From OCS116 cluster bacterium AG-435-F03 (lineage in GTDB: Bacteria > Pseudomonadota > Alphaproteobacteria > MED-G09), in assembly GCA_003212795.1 (NCBI GenBank), contig QCOV01000003.1, positions 78,676 to 142,675 of the forward strand: a stretch of 64,000 bases of DNA. The letters are read 5' to 3'. The notes below the pieces were generated by a model. The model had not been told where the DNA came from. It saw only the letters and a program-made list of their open reading frames with translations, and did not search any database. Shown in pieces: positions 9,594 through 20,220 of the stretch (within the stretch, counting starts at the first letter, position 1; every line of letters begins with the position of its first letter). Made by a program: the position numbers and the translations under genes.

Positions 9594-10511
9594 TTAACTC
9601 AAGCACCACCTAATAATACTTTTTTGTGCGTGAACCCTATTTTCTGCTTCATCCCAAACTACTGAATTGACTCCATCAATAACATCAGCGTCAACTTCCT
9701 CTCCTCTATGAGCAGGTAAACAATGAAGAAAAATTGCATCTGAAGATGCCATCGAGATTTTGTTAGAATCTACTTTATACGGTTCAAGAATTTTTCTTTT
9801 TTGATCATTATCATCTTCTCCCATAGAGAACCAAGTATCAGTAATTATACAATCACAATCTTTGGCAGCATCATTAGGATCTAGATCAGTAGTTATATTT
9901 GGAAAACCACTTACCAAATTATTATCTACTGAATAATCTTTTGGTGAACATATTCTTAATTCAAAACCAATAATTTGTGCGGCATGTATCCAACTTGTTA
10001 ACATATTATTTGCAGGACCAAACCATACATAACTCTTATTTTCGATATCACCAATCTTCTCTTTAACTGTAATTAAATCAGCTAAAACTTGGCAGGGATG
10101 GGATTTATCGGTTAACCCGTTAATTACAGGTATTGATGCATTTTTTGCAAAATTTTCTAAAGTCGAATGCTTATTTGTTCTTAACATTGCAATATCAACA
10201 TATCTTGAAATGACTTTTGCAGTATCATCAATTGTTTCTCCTCTACCTAATTGCATATCAGACATATTTGCATAAATAGTTTTCCCACCTAATTGATACA
10301 TTGCTGTTTCAAATGAAAATCTTGTTCTTGTAGAAGGTTTTTCAAAAATTGTTGCTAGTATTTTATTTTTTGCGCATGCATCTTCATCAACAGATGCCAT
10401 ACCATTCTTCGATGACATGTTCTTTTTGTTTATTCCATCTTCAATTAAGAAAATAAGTTCATTCTTATTGAATTGGGTAAGATCAATGAAATCTTTTTTT
10501 GTTTCAGTCAT
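9594..10511 (-). CDS. argF: Ornithine carbamoyltransferase
   Basis: FEKPSTRTR, HPCQ, WFSMG, FLHCLP, EAENR. Confidence 0.95.
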   Translation of the reverse strand: MTETKKDFIDLTQFNKNELIFLIEDGINKKNMSSKNGMASVDEDACAKNKILATIFEKPSTRTRFSFETAMYQLGGKTIYANMSDMQLGRGETIDDTAKVISRYVDIAMLRTNKHSTLENFAKNASIPVINGLTDKSHPCQVLADLITVKEKIGDIENKSYVWFGPANNMLTSWIHAAQIIGFELRICSPKDYSVDNNLVSGFPNITTDLDPNDAAKDCDCIITDTWFSMGEDDNDQKRKILEPYKVDSNKISMASSDAIFLHCLPAHRGEEVDADVIDGVNSVVWDEAENRVHAQKSIIRWCLS

Positions 10512-10525
10512 TTCTTATTATATTT

Positions 10526-11695
10526 CTATCTAGGTAAATTTTCTAGTGTGATATTTAGTAAGTTGAAAAACTCCTCAATATCATTTTTCTCAGTATTCAA
10601 AGGTGGTAACAATCTAATTATATTGTCAGCAGCTGGTACCAATAATAAACCATTATTTAAAGCGGTTTCGGCTATCAATGTATTTTCGACTTCACATTTT
10701 ATACCAAGCATAAAACCTCTTCCTCTCACTGAAGTAATTTTATCCTTATGATTTTCTATAATGTCATTTATTCCCGCCAATAGGAATTCTGATAATGACT
10801 TAACATTTGAAAGGATTTTTTCTTCATCAATAATTTCAAGAACTTTAAGCGCTACTGAACAAGCTAGCGGATTACCACCAAAAGTCGACCCATGAGAGCC
10901 ATGGACCATTCCAGATGATGCATCTGTTGAAGCCAATATAGCTCCTATTGGAAAACCTGCTCCTAAACCTTTTGCAAGAGTAATTATATCTGGTTCAACT
11001 CCAGCCCATTCATGCGAGAAAAAATCCCCAGTCCTTCCTAAACCACATTGAACCTGATCAAGAATCATTAATACGCCATGTTTACTTGTTAGATCTCTAA
11101 TCATTTGTAAGTCTTCTTTTGGTGTGAGCCTTATTCCCCCCTCACCTTGTATTGGCTCAATAAGCACTGCAGCTGTCTTATTAGAGATCTTTTCTTCCAA
11201 TTGTTGTTGGGATAGCTCTATATTTTCGAAACCAGAAGGAAGAGGTCCAAATCCTTCAGTATGTTTGGGATTTGCTCCAGCTGCTAAAGTAGCTAAAGTC
11301 CTTCCATGGAACGCATTCTTAAAAGTAATGATGTCTGTCCTATCTTTATCACCTTTTTCAAAATGATATTTCCTTGAGGTTTTAATTGCTCCTTCAACAG
11401 CTTCAGCTCCCGAATTACAAAAAAATACTTTATCGGCAAAACTTATATCGCATAATTTTTTAGCTAATTTTTGCTGTTCCGGAATATGATATAAATTCGA
11501 AACATGCCAAACATTATCAATAGCCTCATGCATTACCTTTTTTATTTCTGGATGACCATGACCCAAAACATTTACGGCAATACCTGCTGCAAAATCTAAA
11601 TACTTTCCACCATCATTATCGTACAACCAAGAACCCTCGCCTTTCGAAAAAGATATTGGGTATCTCTTATATGTATCCATTAGATTTTCGATCAT
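10526..11695 (-). CDS. argD: Acetylornithine aminotransferase
   Basis: CNSGAEA, FHGRT, EPIQGEGG, LAKGLG, HGSTFGGNP; directly upstream of argF. Confidence 0.92.
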   Translation of the reverse strand: MIENLMDTYKRYPISFSKGEGSWLYDNDGGKYLDFAAGIAVNVLGHGHPEIKKVMHEAIDNVWHVSNLYHIPEQQKLAKKLCDISFADKVFFCNSGAEAVEGAIKTSRKYHFEKGDKDRTDIITFKNAFHGRTLATLAAGANPKHTEGFGPLPSGFENIELSQQQLEEKISNKTAAVLIEPIQGEGGIRLTPKEDLQMIRDLTSKHGVLMILDQVQCGLGRTGDFFSHEWAGVEPDIITLAKGLGAGFPIGAILASTDASSGMVHGSHGSTFGGNPLACSVALKVLEIIDEEKILSNVKSLSEFLLAGINDIIENHKDKITSVRGRGFMLGIKCEVENTLIAETALNNGLLLVPAADNIIRLLPPLNTEKNDIEEFFNLLNITLENLPR

Positions 11696-11739
11696 GTGTA
11701 CCTCAAACTAAAATTTTTAGCTTTCATACTCTTTATTTT

Positions 11740-12552
11740 CTAAGTCTTCAACCTCCAACCGCTCTTAAGAAGGAAGTGACTTATTATAATCAAGATTAGA
11801 TTCAGTATTGTCAGGAAGATAGCTCCAAAGATCAAATCGCCATCAGCATTACCAACAAAGCCATATCTGAAACCATCAATGACATAGAAAAATGGATTAT
11901 ACTCAATCAAATAAAGGGCAAATTCGGGCATTCTTTTAACTGAATAAAATGTTCCCGATAAAAAAGATAAAGGTACAATTATAAAATTTGTTATTGTCCC
12001 TAAATGGTCAAATTTCTCTGCCCATATACCTGTTATTATGCCTATTGATGAAAGCATAAGTGAACCAGAAATTAAGTAGAAGAATATTGCCCATATGTTT
12101 TCGAAGTTAAAATTTACAAAAAAGGACATACAAAAAATTGCACCTAAAGCAACTATAACCCCTCTAGTTACTCCCCCTAATGAGATAGCAGTATTTAATT
12201 CTATCTCTCCTAAAGGAGGCAAAAGAATATCAACTATATTTCCTTGTATCTTTGAAATTAATAAAGATGAAGAAGTATGAGCGAAGGCTTGTTGAAGAAC
12301 AGACATCATTATTAAACCTGGAGCTAAAAACTCAATGAATGGTGCACCATTTACATCTGGTCTCAAATCACCCAATGCAATAGTGAATATTGCCATAAAA
12401 AGAAGTGAAGTCGCTATTGGAGCTGCAATCGTTTGAAAAAAGATTTTAATAAACCTATAAACTTCTTTTTTGTATAAGGTCCATAACCCATACCAGTTTA
12501 TACTGCCGGGAACTCTTGGCTCCCTCCAATGATAATTTTCATTTTCATCCAT
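11740..12552 (-). CDS. ABC-2 type transporter permease (YadH-like)
   Basis: LYKKEVYRF, FLAPGLIMM, PLSFLSGTFYS, NPFFYVIDGFRYG. Confidence 0.85.
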   Translation of the reverse strand: MDENENYHWREPRVPGSINWYGLWTLYKKEVYRFIKIFFQTIAAPIATSLLFMAIFTIALGDLRPDVNGAPFIEFLAPGLIMMSVLQQAFAHTSSSLLISKIQGNIVDILLPPLGEIELNTAISLGGVTRGVIVALGAIFCMSFFVNFNFENIWAIFFYLISGSLMLSSIGIITGIWAEKFDHLGTITNFIIVPLSFLSGTFYSVKRMPEFALYLIEYNPFFYVIDGFRYGFVGNADGDLIFGAIFLTILNLILIIISHFLLKSGWRLKT

Positions 12553-12639
12553 TTTTCAACTTAATCTTTATAATAATAGAATATCAACATCTATATTAGC
12601 TGTATTTCCAAAAAAACAACAATTTTTAACTAAAATATA

Positions 12640-12687
12640 AATCTATATCTTGTGCCAAAGTTATTTTTAGCATACCATATATACTTA
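12640..12687. promoter_or_regulatory. Tandem NrdR-box-like sites upstream of gcrA
   Basis: AATCTATATCTTGTGC (12640-12655) and ATACCATATATACTTA (12672-12687), 32 bp apart, versus consensus acaCwAtATaTwGtgt. Confidence 0.4.
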
Positions 12688-12702
12688 AAAAAAGGGTGAA
12701 AA

Positions 12703-13212
12703 ATGGCTTGGACGGATGATAGAGTAGAAATTCTTAAAAAATTATGGGCAGAAGGTTTAAGTGCTAGTCAAATTGCTAGAGAACTTGGTGATGTTACTAG
12801 AAATGCCGTTATTGGTAAGGTTCATAGGTTAGGTTTAGCTGGTAGAGCTAGTCCTACAAAACCAAAAAGTAGGTTAAGGCATAGAGAACATATTGATTAT
12901 GGAGAGTCTTCGTACCCTGGAAGCTCAAGATCAAGAATTAATGATAATGTTAAACCACTTGTTATGCCTGAGCCAGCAGTGACATCTGATGGTGAACCTA
13001 TTAATATTTTATCCTTAAATGAAAAAGTATGTAAATGGCCTATTGGCGAACCTGGAGATGATGATTTCAGATTCTGCGGCAACCGCAAAGAAAATGGCTC
13101 TCCTTATTGCGCTGAACATACAAGAGTAGCTTATCAGCCGCTTGAAAAGAAAAAGAAGAAGAACAAACTTTTAAATAAGAGAATGCCCGCATCCAAAATT
13201 AATAATTTTTAA
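12703..13212 (+). CDS. gcrA: GcrA cell cycle regulator
   Basis: MAWTDDRVEILKKLWAEGLSASQIA...TRNAVIGKVHRLGL; CKWPIG, FCG, PYCAEH. Confidence 0.95.
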   Translation: MAWTDDRVEILKKLWAEGLSASQIARELGDVTRNAVIGKVHRLGLAGRASPTKPKSRLRHREHIDYGESSYPGSSRSRINDNVKPLVMPEPAVTSDGEPINILSLNEKVCKWPIGEPGDDDFRFCGNRKENGSPYCAEHTRVAYQPLEKKKKKNKLLNKRMPASKINNF

Positions 13213-13901
13213 TTTTCTAGTGAATAACCTGCAGATCTTACTGTTCTAATTGGATCTTTTGTTCCTTTAATACTAAGAGCCTTCCTAAGTCTTCCAATAT
13301 GGACATCTACAGTTCTAATCTCAACATTTATATTATCAACTCCCCAAACATGATCTAGAAGCTGCTCTCTTGAAAATACTCTCCTAGGTTGCTTAATAAA
13401 ACAGTTCAGTAATTTAAACTCAGTCGGTCCAATATCAATTTCCTTGCCGCTTCGTGTAACTTTATATTCTCTTAGATTAACGCTAATATCTCCAACATTA
13501 ATCTCATCAGCATCGTTTGCATTTGATCTTCTTAAAAGAGCTTTTATTCTTGCCATTAGTTCTGGAAATGAAAAAGGTTTTGTTAAATAATCATCTGCTC
13601 CGGTATCAAGCCCTCGAATTTTGTCATTTTCATCTCCTAATGCAGTTAACATAATTATTGGCAAGGAGTTAAAGTCTGAATTCCCGCGTATTCGTCTACA
13701 AACCTCTATTCCTGAAAGTTTTGGAATCATCCAATCCAAAATTACTAAATCAAATTTACTCTCTTTTAGTCTATCCATTGCTTGCTCCCCATCGGATGCA
13801 ATTATAGATTTATAACCTACTTTATTAAGATTATACTCTATTAACATTGAAAGATTTTCTTCATCTTCTACAACAAGAATTTTTTTATCTTCATTAGCCA
13901 T
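13209..13901 (-). CDS. phoB: Phosphate regulon response regulator
   Basis: Receiver LDWMIP, GADDYLTKPFS, wHTH RTVDVHIGRLRKAL; last gene of the pst operon. Confidence 0.95.
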   Translation of the reverse strand: MANEDKKILVVEDEENLSMLIEYNLNKVGYKSIIASDGEQAMDRLKESKFDLVILDWMIPKLSGIEVCRRIRGNSDFNSLPIIMLTALGDENDKIRGLDTGADDYLTKPFSFPELMARIKALLRRSNANDADEINVGDISVNLREYKVTRSGKEIDIGPTEFKLLNCFIKQPRRVFSREQLLDHVWGVDNINVEIRTVDVHIGRLRKALSIKGTKDPIRTVRSAGYSLEN

Positions 13902-13912
13902 ATTAAACTCTT

Positions 13913-14614
13913 TTAAAAAGTTGTTTCATTTTCAATTTGAATCTTTTCTTCATCAGTGAGATCTTCGCCTGTTACAATAAAGTGAGTTTCCTCAGCTATA
14001 TTAGTTGCCTGATCTCCAACTCTTTCAAGATATCTAGCAATAAATAGTAATGGCACTAAGGTATTAATAGCATCAGGATTTGATTTTATTGCATTTAAAA
14101 TTTCTGTCAAAACACCTGAATATAATGAGTCTATCTCACTATCTGATCGCCATACTTTCAGAGCATTTTGACAATTTTTATTTCCATAATCATCCAGAAC
14201 CAAAGCTAAATTAGAATGCACCTTAATACTCATATTAATTAGATGGTTAATCGTATCTTCTGACTCTGCTTCATTTAGGGCGCCCTTAACTATTCTTTTT
14301 GAAATACCCTTACACATATCTCCACACCGCTCTAGGTATAAGGCCATCTTCACCGCTGAAAAAACTAACCTTAGATCATTAGCCATAGGCTGACGAGAAG
14401 CTAAAATATTAAAAACTTTGTTTTCAACTGATTGGCCTAAATCATTAATTTGGGCATCAGAATCAATTATTTCCTGAGCTAAATTATGATCATTATTCTT
14501 AAAAGTGGTTTCAACTCTTTTTAGCGCCTCCAAAACTAGTGCGCCCATAGTGATTATTCCATCAGATATCTCATTTAATTCTCCATCAAAAGAACTTACA
14601 ATATGTTCACTCAT
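13913..14614 (-). CDS. phoU: Phosphate signalling protein PhoU
   Basis: MSEHIVSSFD, RQPMANDLR, LERVGDQATNIAE. Confidence 0.93.
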   Translation of the reverse strand: MSEHIVSSFDGELNEISDGIITMGALVLEALKRVETTFKNNDHNLAQEIIDSDAQINDLGQSVENKVFNILASRQPMANDLRLVFSAVKMALYLERCGDMCKGISKRIVKGALNEAESEDTINHLINMSIKVHSNLALVLDDYGNKNCQNALKVWRSDSEIDSLYSGVLTEILNAIKSNPDAINTLVPLLFIARYLERVGDQATNIAEETHFIVTGEDLTDEEKIQIENETTF

Positions 14615-14616
14615 TT

Positions 14617-15432
14617 TTAACCATACCTTCCAGTTACATATGCTTCAGTTTGTTCATTGTCTGGCGATCTAAAAATCTTTTCTGTATCACCAACCTCAAT
14701 AAGATTACCAAGATGAAAGAAAGCTGTCCTTTGTGAAACTCTTGCAGCCTGCTGCATAGAATGTGTCACTATTACAATAGTATAATTTACCTTTAGCTCA
14801 TCAATTAATTCTTCTATTCGTGCGGTAGCGATCGGATCAAGTGCGGAACAAGGCTCATCCATAAGTATAATTTCTGGATCAACTGCTATAGCTCTAGCTA
14901 TACATAACCTCTGTTGCTGTCCACCGGATAGAGCTGTTCCTGGCTCATTTAATCTATCTTTAATTTCATCCCATAACCCAGCCTTTATAAGGCTATCCTC
15001 AACCTTATTATTCATATCTGATTTATTCAAAAATCTGCCATGAAGTTTAGGGCCATAAGCAACATTATCAAAAACAGATTTTGGAAAAGGATTTGGTTTT
15101 TGAAATACCATTCCTATTTTTGCTCGAAGCTCTACTACATCAATTTCAGGATCATATATATCCTGTCCGTTTATAATAATTGATCCATTAAAAGAACATG
15201 TTTCAATAACATCGTTCATTCTATTAAGACATCTTATAAATGTTGATTTGCCACAACCTGATGGACCTATAAGTGACGTAACCTCTTTTTCATTGATATT
15301 TAGGTCAACATTAAAAAGAGCTTGTTTATCATCATAAAAGACATTCACATCAGTACAATGAATTAAAGATTTCTTTTCCATCTTTGTATCGACATCATCA
15401 ATATTTACATTCTGATCCATTTCAGTCACCAT
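14617..15432 (-). CDS. pstB: Phosphate ABC transporter ATPase
   Basis: [40 protein letters not shown]; exact start uncertain (15432, 15429 or 15420). Confidence 0.95.
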   Translation of the reverse strand: MVTEMDQNVNIDDVDTKMEKKSLIHCTDVNVFYDDKQALFNVDLNINEKEVTSLIGPSGCGKSTFIRCLNRMNDVIETCSFNGSIIINGQDIYDPEIDVVELRAKIGMVFQKPNPFPKSVFDNVAYGPKLHGRFLNKSDMNNKVEDSLIKAGLWDEIKDRLNEPGTALSGGQQQRLCIARAIAVDPEIILMDEPCSALDPIATARIEELIDELKVNYTIVIVTHSMQQAARVSQRTAFFHLGNLIEVGDTEKIFRSPDNEQTEAYVTGRYG

Positions 15433-16661
15433 TTTAGTTCATACTTTTTACGCAAAATAACTGCGGCTAAGTTAATGATTATTAACAAGAATATCAGAAC
15501 AAGCGTCGCTGCGCTAGTTTTTGCAACAAATGCTCTTTCTGGACTATCTGCCCATATGTATACTTGAACTGGCAGGGCTGTTGCTGGATCCATTACTGAC
15601 TGTGGAATATCGACAACAAATGCTACCATTCCGATCAGCAAAAGAGGTGCTGACTCGCCAAATGCTCGCGCTAACCCAATAATTGTTCCTGTTAGTATAC
15701 CTGGCAATGCTGCTGGAAGTATATGTTGAAAAACAACTTGCATTTCTGATGCACCCATCGCTAAAGCGGCTTCTCTTATCGATGGAGGAACAGATTGGAG
15801 TGAAGCTCTTGTAGCTATAATTATGACTGGCAAAGTCATTAATGATAAAACACAACCGCCAACTAAAGGTGCAGACCTTGGCATACCAAAAAAATTAATA
15901 AATAGTGCTAAACCTAATAAACCAAAAACTATAGATGGAACTGCAGCAAGATTATTAATATTAACTTCTATAAAATCTGTAATCCTGTTTTTCGATGCAA
16001 AACTTTCTAAATAAATAGCTGCCAAAACACCAATAGGAAAACTAATAATAAGAGTTATTAAAATCGTATACATAGATCCAATAACAGCACCTAAAACACC
16101 TGCTATTTCAGGCTCTCTGCTATCACCATTAGTAAATAAATTACTTGAGAATTTTTTTTCTACAAGACCCTTTTCTTGAAATCCCTCTAGCCATAATATT
16201 TCTTGATCATTTAATCTTCTCTCATTTTCAGGAAGATTTTTATCAATACCAAATTTATAAAATAAATCTGCATCATCTGAAAAGAGTATATAGAAATTAA
16301 AATTCTTCTCATACAATGACTCATCCTCTTCCAATGCATCTCTCAAATCATAGGCTGCTCCGGAAGAAAAAAGTTTAGAAAAACTTCTTCTGCATTTTCT
16401 ATCATCACATTCAGAATCTAAAGAAAAGATTGTTTCACGGATTATTCCTCTGTAATCCAAATCATCTTTATCAATGAACTCATTTGCTAACTTTATTTCT
16501 AAATTAATTCCATAGTTGGTAAAAGCAGGAATTGAACGATATGTCATTGATGAAATAATAACTACCAACATTACCATGGCCAAGAAAAGAGAGGCTAGAC
16601 CATAAATTTTGAATCTGGTTTCAGCAAACTTTCTTTTTAATGTTAAAGCTTTATCAGTCAT
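15426..16661 (-). CDS. pstA: Phosphate ABC transporter permease PstA
   Basis: [39 protein letters not shown]. Confidence 0.93.
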   Translation of the reverse strand: MTDKALTLKRKFAETRFKIYGLASLFLAMVMLVVIISSMTYRSIPAFTNYGINLEIKLANEFIDKDDLDYRGIIRETIFSLDSECDDRKCRRSFSKLFSSGAAYDLRDALEEDESLYEKNFNFYILFSDDADLFYKFGIDKNLPENERRLNDQEILWLEGFQEKGLVEKKFSSNLFTNGDSREPEIAGVLGAVIGSMYTILITLIISFPIGVLAAIYLESFASKNRITDFIEVNINNLAAVPSIVFGLLGLALFINFFGMPRSAPLVGGCVLSLMTLPVIIIATRASLQSVPPSIREAALAMGASEMQVVFQHILPAALPGILTGTIIGLARAFGESAPLLLIGMVAFVVDIPQSVMDPATALPVQVYIWADSPERAFVAKTSAATLVLIFLLIIINLAAVILRKKYELKW

Positions 16662-18039
16662 AACGCTCTCTATATCTTCTAACAGTAATCATTGCTATTA
16701 CATTTAAAATTAATGTTATAAAAAATAAAACTAAACCTAATGCAAAAGCTGCTAAGGTTTTAGGGCTATCAAATTCTTGATCTCCCACTAATAATGTGAC
16801 TATTTGCACTGTAACAGTTGTAACAGCAGAAAGCGGATTAGCCGTTAAGTTTGCAGCTAATCCTGCAGCCATAACAACAATCATTGTTTCACCAATAGCT
16901 CTTGAAATTGCAAGAAGCATTGCACCAACAATACCTGGTAAGGCAGCTGGAAAGATGACTTTTTTTATCGTTTCGGATTTTGTTGCGCCAAGAGCAAGAG
17001 ATCCATCTCTTAAACTTTCAGGTACTGCTGACATAACATCATCTGATAAAGAAGATACATATGGAATAATCATAATACCCATAACTAAACCAGCAGCTAG
17101 TGCTGATTCTGTAGAAACAGTTAAACCCAATGTTTCTCCTGATGACCTTATGAACGGCCCAACAGAAAGAGCAGCAAAAAAACCATAAACAACAGTAGGT
17201 ATTCCAGCTAAAATTTCCAACATTGGTTTAAAATAGTTCCTAACACTAGGTTTTGCATATTGGGATAAATAAATTGCTGAATATAAGCCTAATGGAGCAG
17301 CAACAATCATAGCAATAAATGTAATTAGGAGTGTGCCAGTAAAAATTGGAATTGCACCAAAACTTCCTGAAGAACCTACTTGATCTTCTCTAATGGCGGT
17401 TTGAGGAGACCAATGTGTCCCAAACATAAATTCAGTGAATCCTACTTGGGAGAAGAATCTAAGTGTTTCAAAAATTAAAGATAAGATAATACCAAAAGTT
17501 GTCAAAACGGCTACTGTTGAAAAAATAAAGAAAATAAATCTAAGAATTTTCTCTACATTACGTCTTGCGTCAAACCTCATATTTAGACGACTGATTGCAA
17601 AAAAACCAAGAGCCCCACTTAATAAGGATATTATTGAAAGGAATAATGTCCTATACAAAAAATATTGATTATATAATCCATTAGCTGACTCTATAGATAG
17701 TATATCTAAAGATATCAAAACATCTAAATTTCGAATATTATCTTTAATTACATTTACCGAATAATTTACTTCATCTTGACCTATCAAAATGATTGATTCT
17801 GGTAAACGCTCAAAAATAAATAATTCTTTAACTGAAGCATCAATAACAATAAAGATAAGTAATAATAATAGTGGAACTAACTGAGACCATAATAAAGAAT
17901 ACAAACCATGATAGTTTGGCATTGATCTTAATGGTAAATTATTGATTAGATGAGATTTTGCTCTTGAGCTAGAGATAGCAAAGGATAGAAGACCGCAGCT
18001 TAAAATAAAGGTCAGGCTTATTAAAATGTCTGTAGTTAT
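16654..18039 (-). CDS. pstC: Phosphate ABC transporter permease PstC
   Basis: LEILAGIPTVVYG, SRAIGETMIV; frame stays open 39 codons upstream of ATG 17922 to an ATA at 18039 that follows a GGAGG RBS. Confidence 0.9.
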   Translation of the reverse strand: MTTDILISLTFILSCGLLSFAISSSRAKSHLINNLPLRSMPNYHGLYSLLWSQLVPLLLLLIFIVIDASVKELFIFERLPESIILIGQDEVNYSVNVIKDNIRNLDVLISLDILSIESANGLYNQYFLYRTLFLSIISLLSGALGFFAISRLNMRFDARRNVEKILRFIFFIFSTVAVLTTFGIILSLIFETLRFFSQVGFTEFMFGTHWSPQTAIREDQVGSSGSFGAIPIFTGTLLITFIAMIVAAPLGLYSAIYLSQYAKPSVRNYFKPMLEILAGIPTVVYGFFAALSVGPFIRSSGETLGLTVSTESALAAGLVMGIMIIPYVSSLSDDVMSAVPESLRDGSLALGATKSETIKKVIFPAALPGIVGAMLLAISRAIGETMIVVMAAGLAANLTANPLSAVTTVTVQIVTLLVGDQEFDSPKTLAAFALGLVLFFITLILNVIAMITVRRYRERYD

Positions 18040-18068
18040 TTCTATCCTCCACTATTTTCATGATATGA

Positions 18069-19124
18069 TTATAATTCTAATTCAACCAAATTCTTAGTAT
18101 TTGATTTAACTTTCTTATATTCATCTCTAGGTAATGGTATCAACCCCTTATCGACTAAATATCCATCAGTACCCATTGAACTTCCACTTGTAAACTCTTT
18201 TGCGAATTGAACAATAGAAGGTTTCATTCTGATATGATTCTTCTTAATATAGAAGTATAGTGATCTAGAAATAGCATAATCACCAGATAAAATTTTCTCG
18301 AATTCTGGTGATACTCCATTAACATTAGCTCCTTGAAGTTTATCAGAATTTTGATCTAGGAAACTGTATCCAAATATACCAATCGCATTAGGATTTGAAT
18401 CTAATTTTTGAACAATAAGATTGTCATTTTCACCAGCTTCAATAAAAGCACCATCCTCTCTTACTGTACGAGCAATTTTCTTAAACTCGCTTTTACCCGC
18501 TTTAGAACTACCTCTTAATTCTTTTAAGGCAGGAAAAGATTTAGCACCTTTATCCATAGCTAATTCAACAAAAGCATCACGTGTTCCCGATGTTGGGGGA
18601 GGCCCAAGAACTTCTATTTTGATATTAGGAAGCGATGGATTAACATCTTGCCATGTTTTATATGGATTATCTTGCAATTTTGAACCATCTTCATTAGCAG
18701 GTACTTTTTCAGCAAGTCCAAGATATATATCACGTGTTGTTAGATTAAAAACTTCTCCTTTTTTAGAGTTAGCAAGAACAATTCCATCATATCCAACCTT
18801 TACTTCAACGATCTTAATTCCTGCTTTAGTACATTTTTTATATTCCTTACTTTTAATTCTTCTTGAAGCATTAGTAATATCTGGATGCTCAGGACCCATC
18901 CCAGCACAGAATAATTTCATTCCGCCACCAGAACCAGTTGATTCCACGATAGGTGTTTTGTATTTAGTTGTTCTACCAAACTCTTCAGCAACAGCTGTTG
19001 AGAATGGGAAAACAGTTGATGATCCAACGATACGGATTTGCTCTTCAGCCTGTATATTAACGGCAAAGAGAGAAATCACTGCGAAGGAAAAACCAACTAT
19101 TATTGTTTTTAAAGATTTTTTCAT
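18069..19124 (-). CDS. pstS: Phosphate ABC transporter substrate-binding protein
   Basis: Signal peptide, VGSSTVFPF, ESTGSGGG, ASRRIK, PPTSGTRDAF, GENDNLIVQKL. Confidence 0.93.
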   Translation of the reverse strand: MKKSLKTIIVGFSFAVISLFAVNIQAEEQIRIVGSSTVFPFSTAVAEEFGRTTKYKTPIVESTGSGGGMKLFCAGMGPEHPDITNASRRIKSKEYKKCTKAGIKIVEVKVGYDGIVLANSKKGEVFNLTTRDIYLGLAEKVPANEDGSKLQDNPYKTWQDVNPSLPNIKIEVLGPPPTSGTRDAFVELAMDKGAKSFPALKELRGSSKAGKSEFKKIARTVREDGAFIEAGENDNLIVQKLDSNPNAIGIFGYSFLDQNSDKLQGANVNGVSPEFEKILSGDYAISRSLYFYIKKNHIRMKPSIVQFAKEFTSGSSMGTDGYLVDKGLIPLPRDEYKKVKSNTKNLVELEL

Positions 19125-19154
19125 TTTTTTCTCCGTAAATTAAAATATATAATC

Positions 19155-20108
19155 CTAGTACATGTCAAAGCTAAATTTGTATTGCATACCAAACATGATC
19201 TCTTCAGACTCTTTTGAAGAATCTGCAAAAGATTTGTCTACATAGTTAAAATACAACTTTAATGGTTTAGCAATTTTATAGTCAAAACCAACACCTGTTA
19301 GTTCAGCGCCCGTTTTAATCATATCGGATTCACCATACATAATTTTTAGTGCTGTTTTCTTTGATAATTTAGCTTTCAATGAAACTACATATCCATCATC
19401 ATCATATTTTCCTGTTGTATCTTCTGATTCCTGCCAAATAAGGCCTAAAGTAATTGGTTTTCCAAGTGGAATTTGGGCAGCAAACCTTGTTGTATCAAAG
19501 AAATAACCTTTTTGAGGAACCTCAGAATCAAAAGCTAAAGCAAAAAATGCTTTATTGCCACCAAGCTTACCTTTCCATTCTGCTGAAACTGAAAAACCTT
19601 CTTCATCAGCTTTTTCCATTATAGCCATCACATTTATAGTGAAACCATTTGCCTTTGGCGAAGACCATTGGACAACTTTTTTACTTCTATTTTCGCCCCA
19701 AAGAATATTTTTTATATCACCTGCAGTATCGTTAAATAGATCAACTTTACCTTGCGCTTTTTTTACAGGTGTATCATGCATACCCATAAATACTTTACCA
19801 AAAGCACCCTTTAAACCGACATAACTATTTCTTTGTTTAAATGTCGGATCACCATCAACAGGATCTGTTTGCCATTCATATTTATAAATAACAGTAGTTC
19901 CATTATCAAAAGTTTGCGAGCCCTTTACACCAATTCGCGATGCATGAGATTTAACATCAGTAACTGAACCACCACTTGCTTTATCTGTACTTGCAATAGC
20001 AAGATCTAAGCGACCATATATTGAAGGCGCAGCTGTAACAGATTCTACAGCCATAAAAGCAAAAAGAGTTGCAATTATTGAAAATTTAATAAGTTTAATT
20101 TTAGACAT
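19155..20108 (-). CDS. Gram-negative porin, probably phosphate-starvation inducible
   Basis: Signal peptide, IYGRLD, SRIGVKG, RNSYVGLKGAFG, C-terminal GMQYKF; sits between the Pho box and pstS. Confidence 0.85.
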   Translation of the reverse strand: MSKIKLIKFSIIATLFAFMAVESVTAAPSIYGRLDLAIASTDKASGGSVTDVKSHASRIGVKGSQTFDNGTTVIYKYEWQTDPVDGDPTFKQRNSYVGLKGAFGKVFMGMHDTPVKKAQGKVDLFNDTAGDIKNILWGENRSKKVVQWSSPKANGFTINVMAIMEKADEEGFSVSAEWKGKLGGNKAFFALAFDSEVPQKGYFFDTTRFAAQIPLGKPITLGLIWQESEDTTGKYDDDGYVVSLKAKLSKKTALKIMYGESDMIKTGAELTGVGFDYKIAKPLKLYFNYVDKSFADSSKESEEIMFGMQYKFSFDMY

Positions 20109-20166
20109 AAGCCTACCCCTTTATTAGTTTAAAAAAGGAAATAAACACTCTTAAAGTATGAATTGT

Positions 20167-20195
20167 ATTAAACTTATATGACAGTTTTATGATAT
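20167..20195 (-). promoter_or_regulatory. Pho box upstream of porin-pstSCAB-phoU-phoB
   Basis: Minus strand ATATCAT-AAAA-CTGTCAT-ATAA-GTTTAAT, three half-sites at 11-bp period. Confidence 0.8.
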
Positions 20196-20220
20196 AAAAC
20201 TTTTTATAGCTTTATAAAGA

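Noticed and set aside
12626-12640. Possible CtrA box TTAA-N7-ATAA upstream of gcrA
   Set aside because: One mismatch in an all-AT motif cannot be told from background here
18421-19143. 240-aa plus-strand ORF
   Set aside because: Antisense shadow of pstS; no RBS or recognisable motif; expected from codon bias of a highly expressed gene
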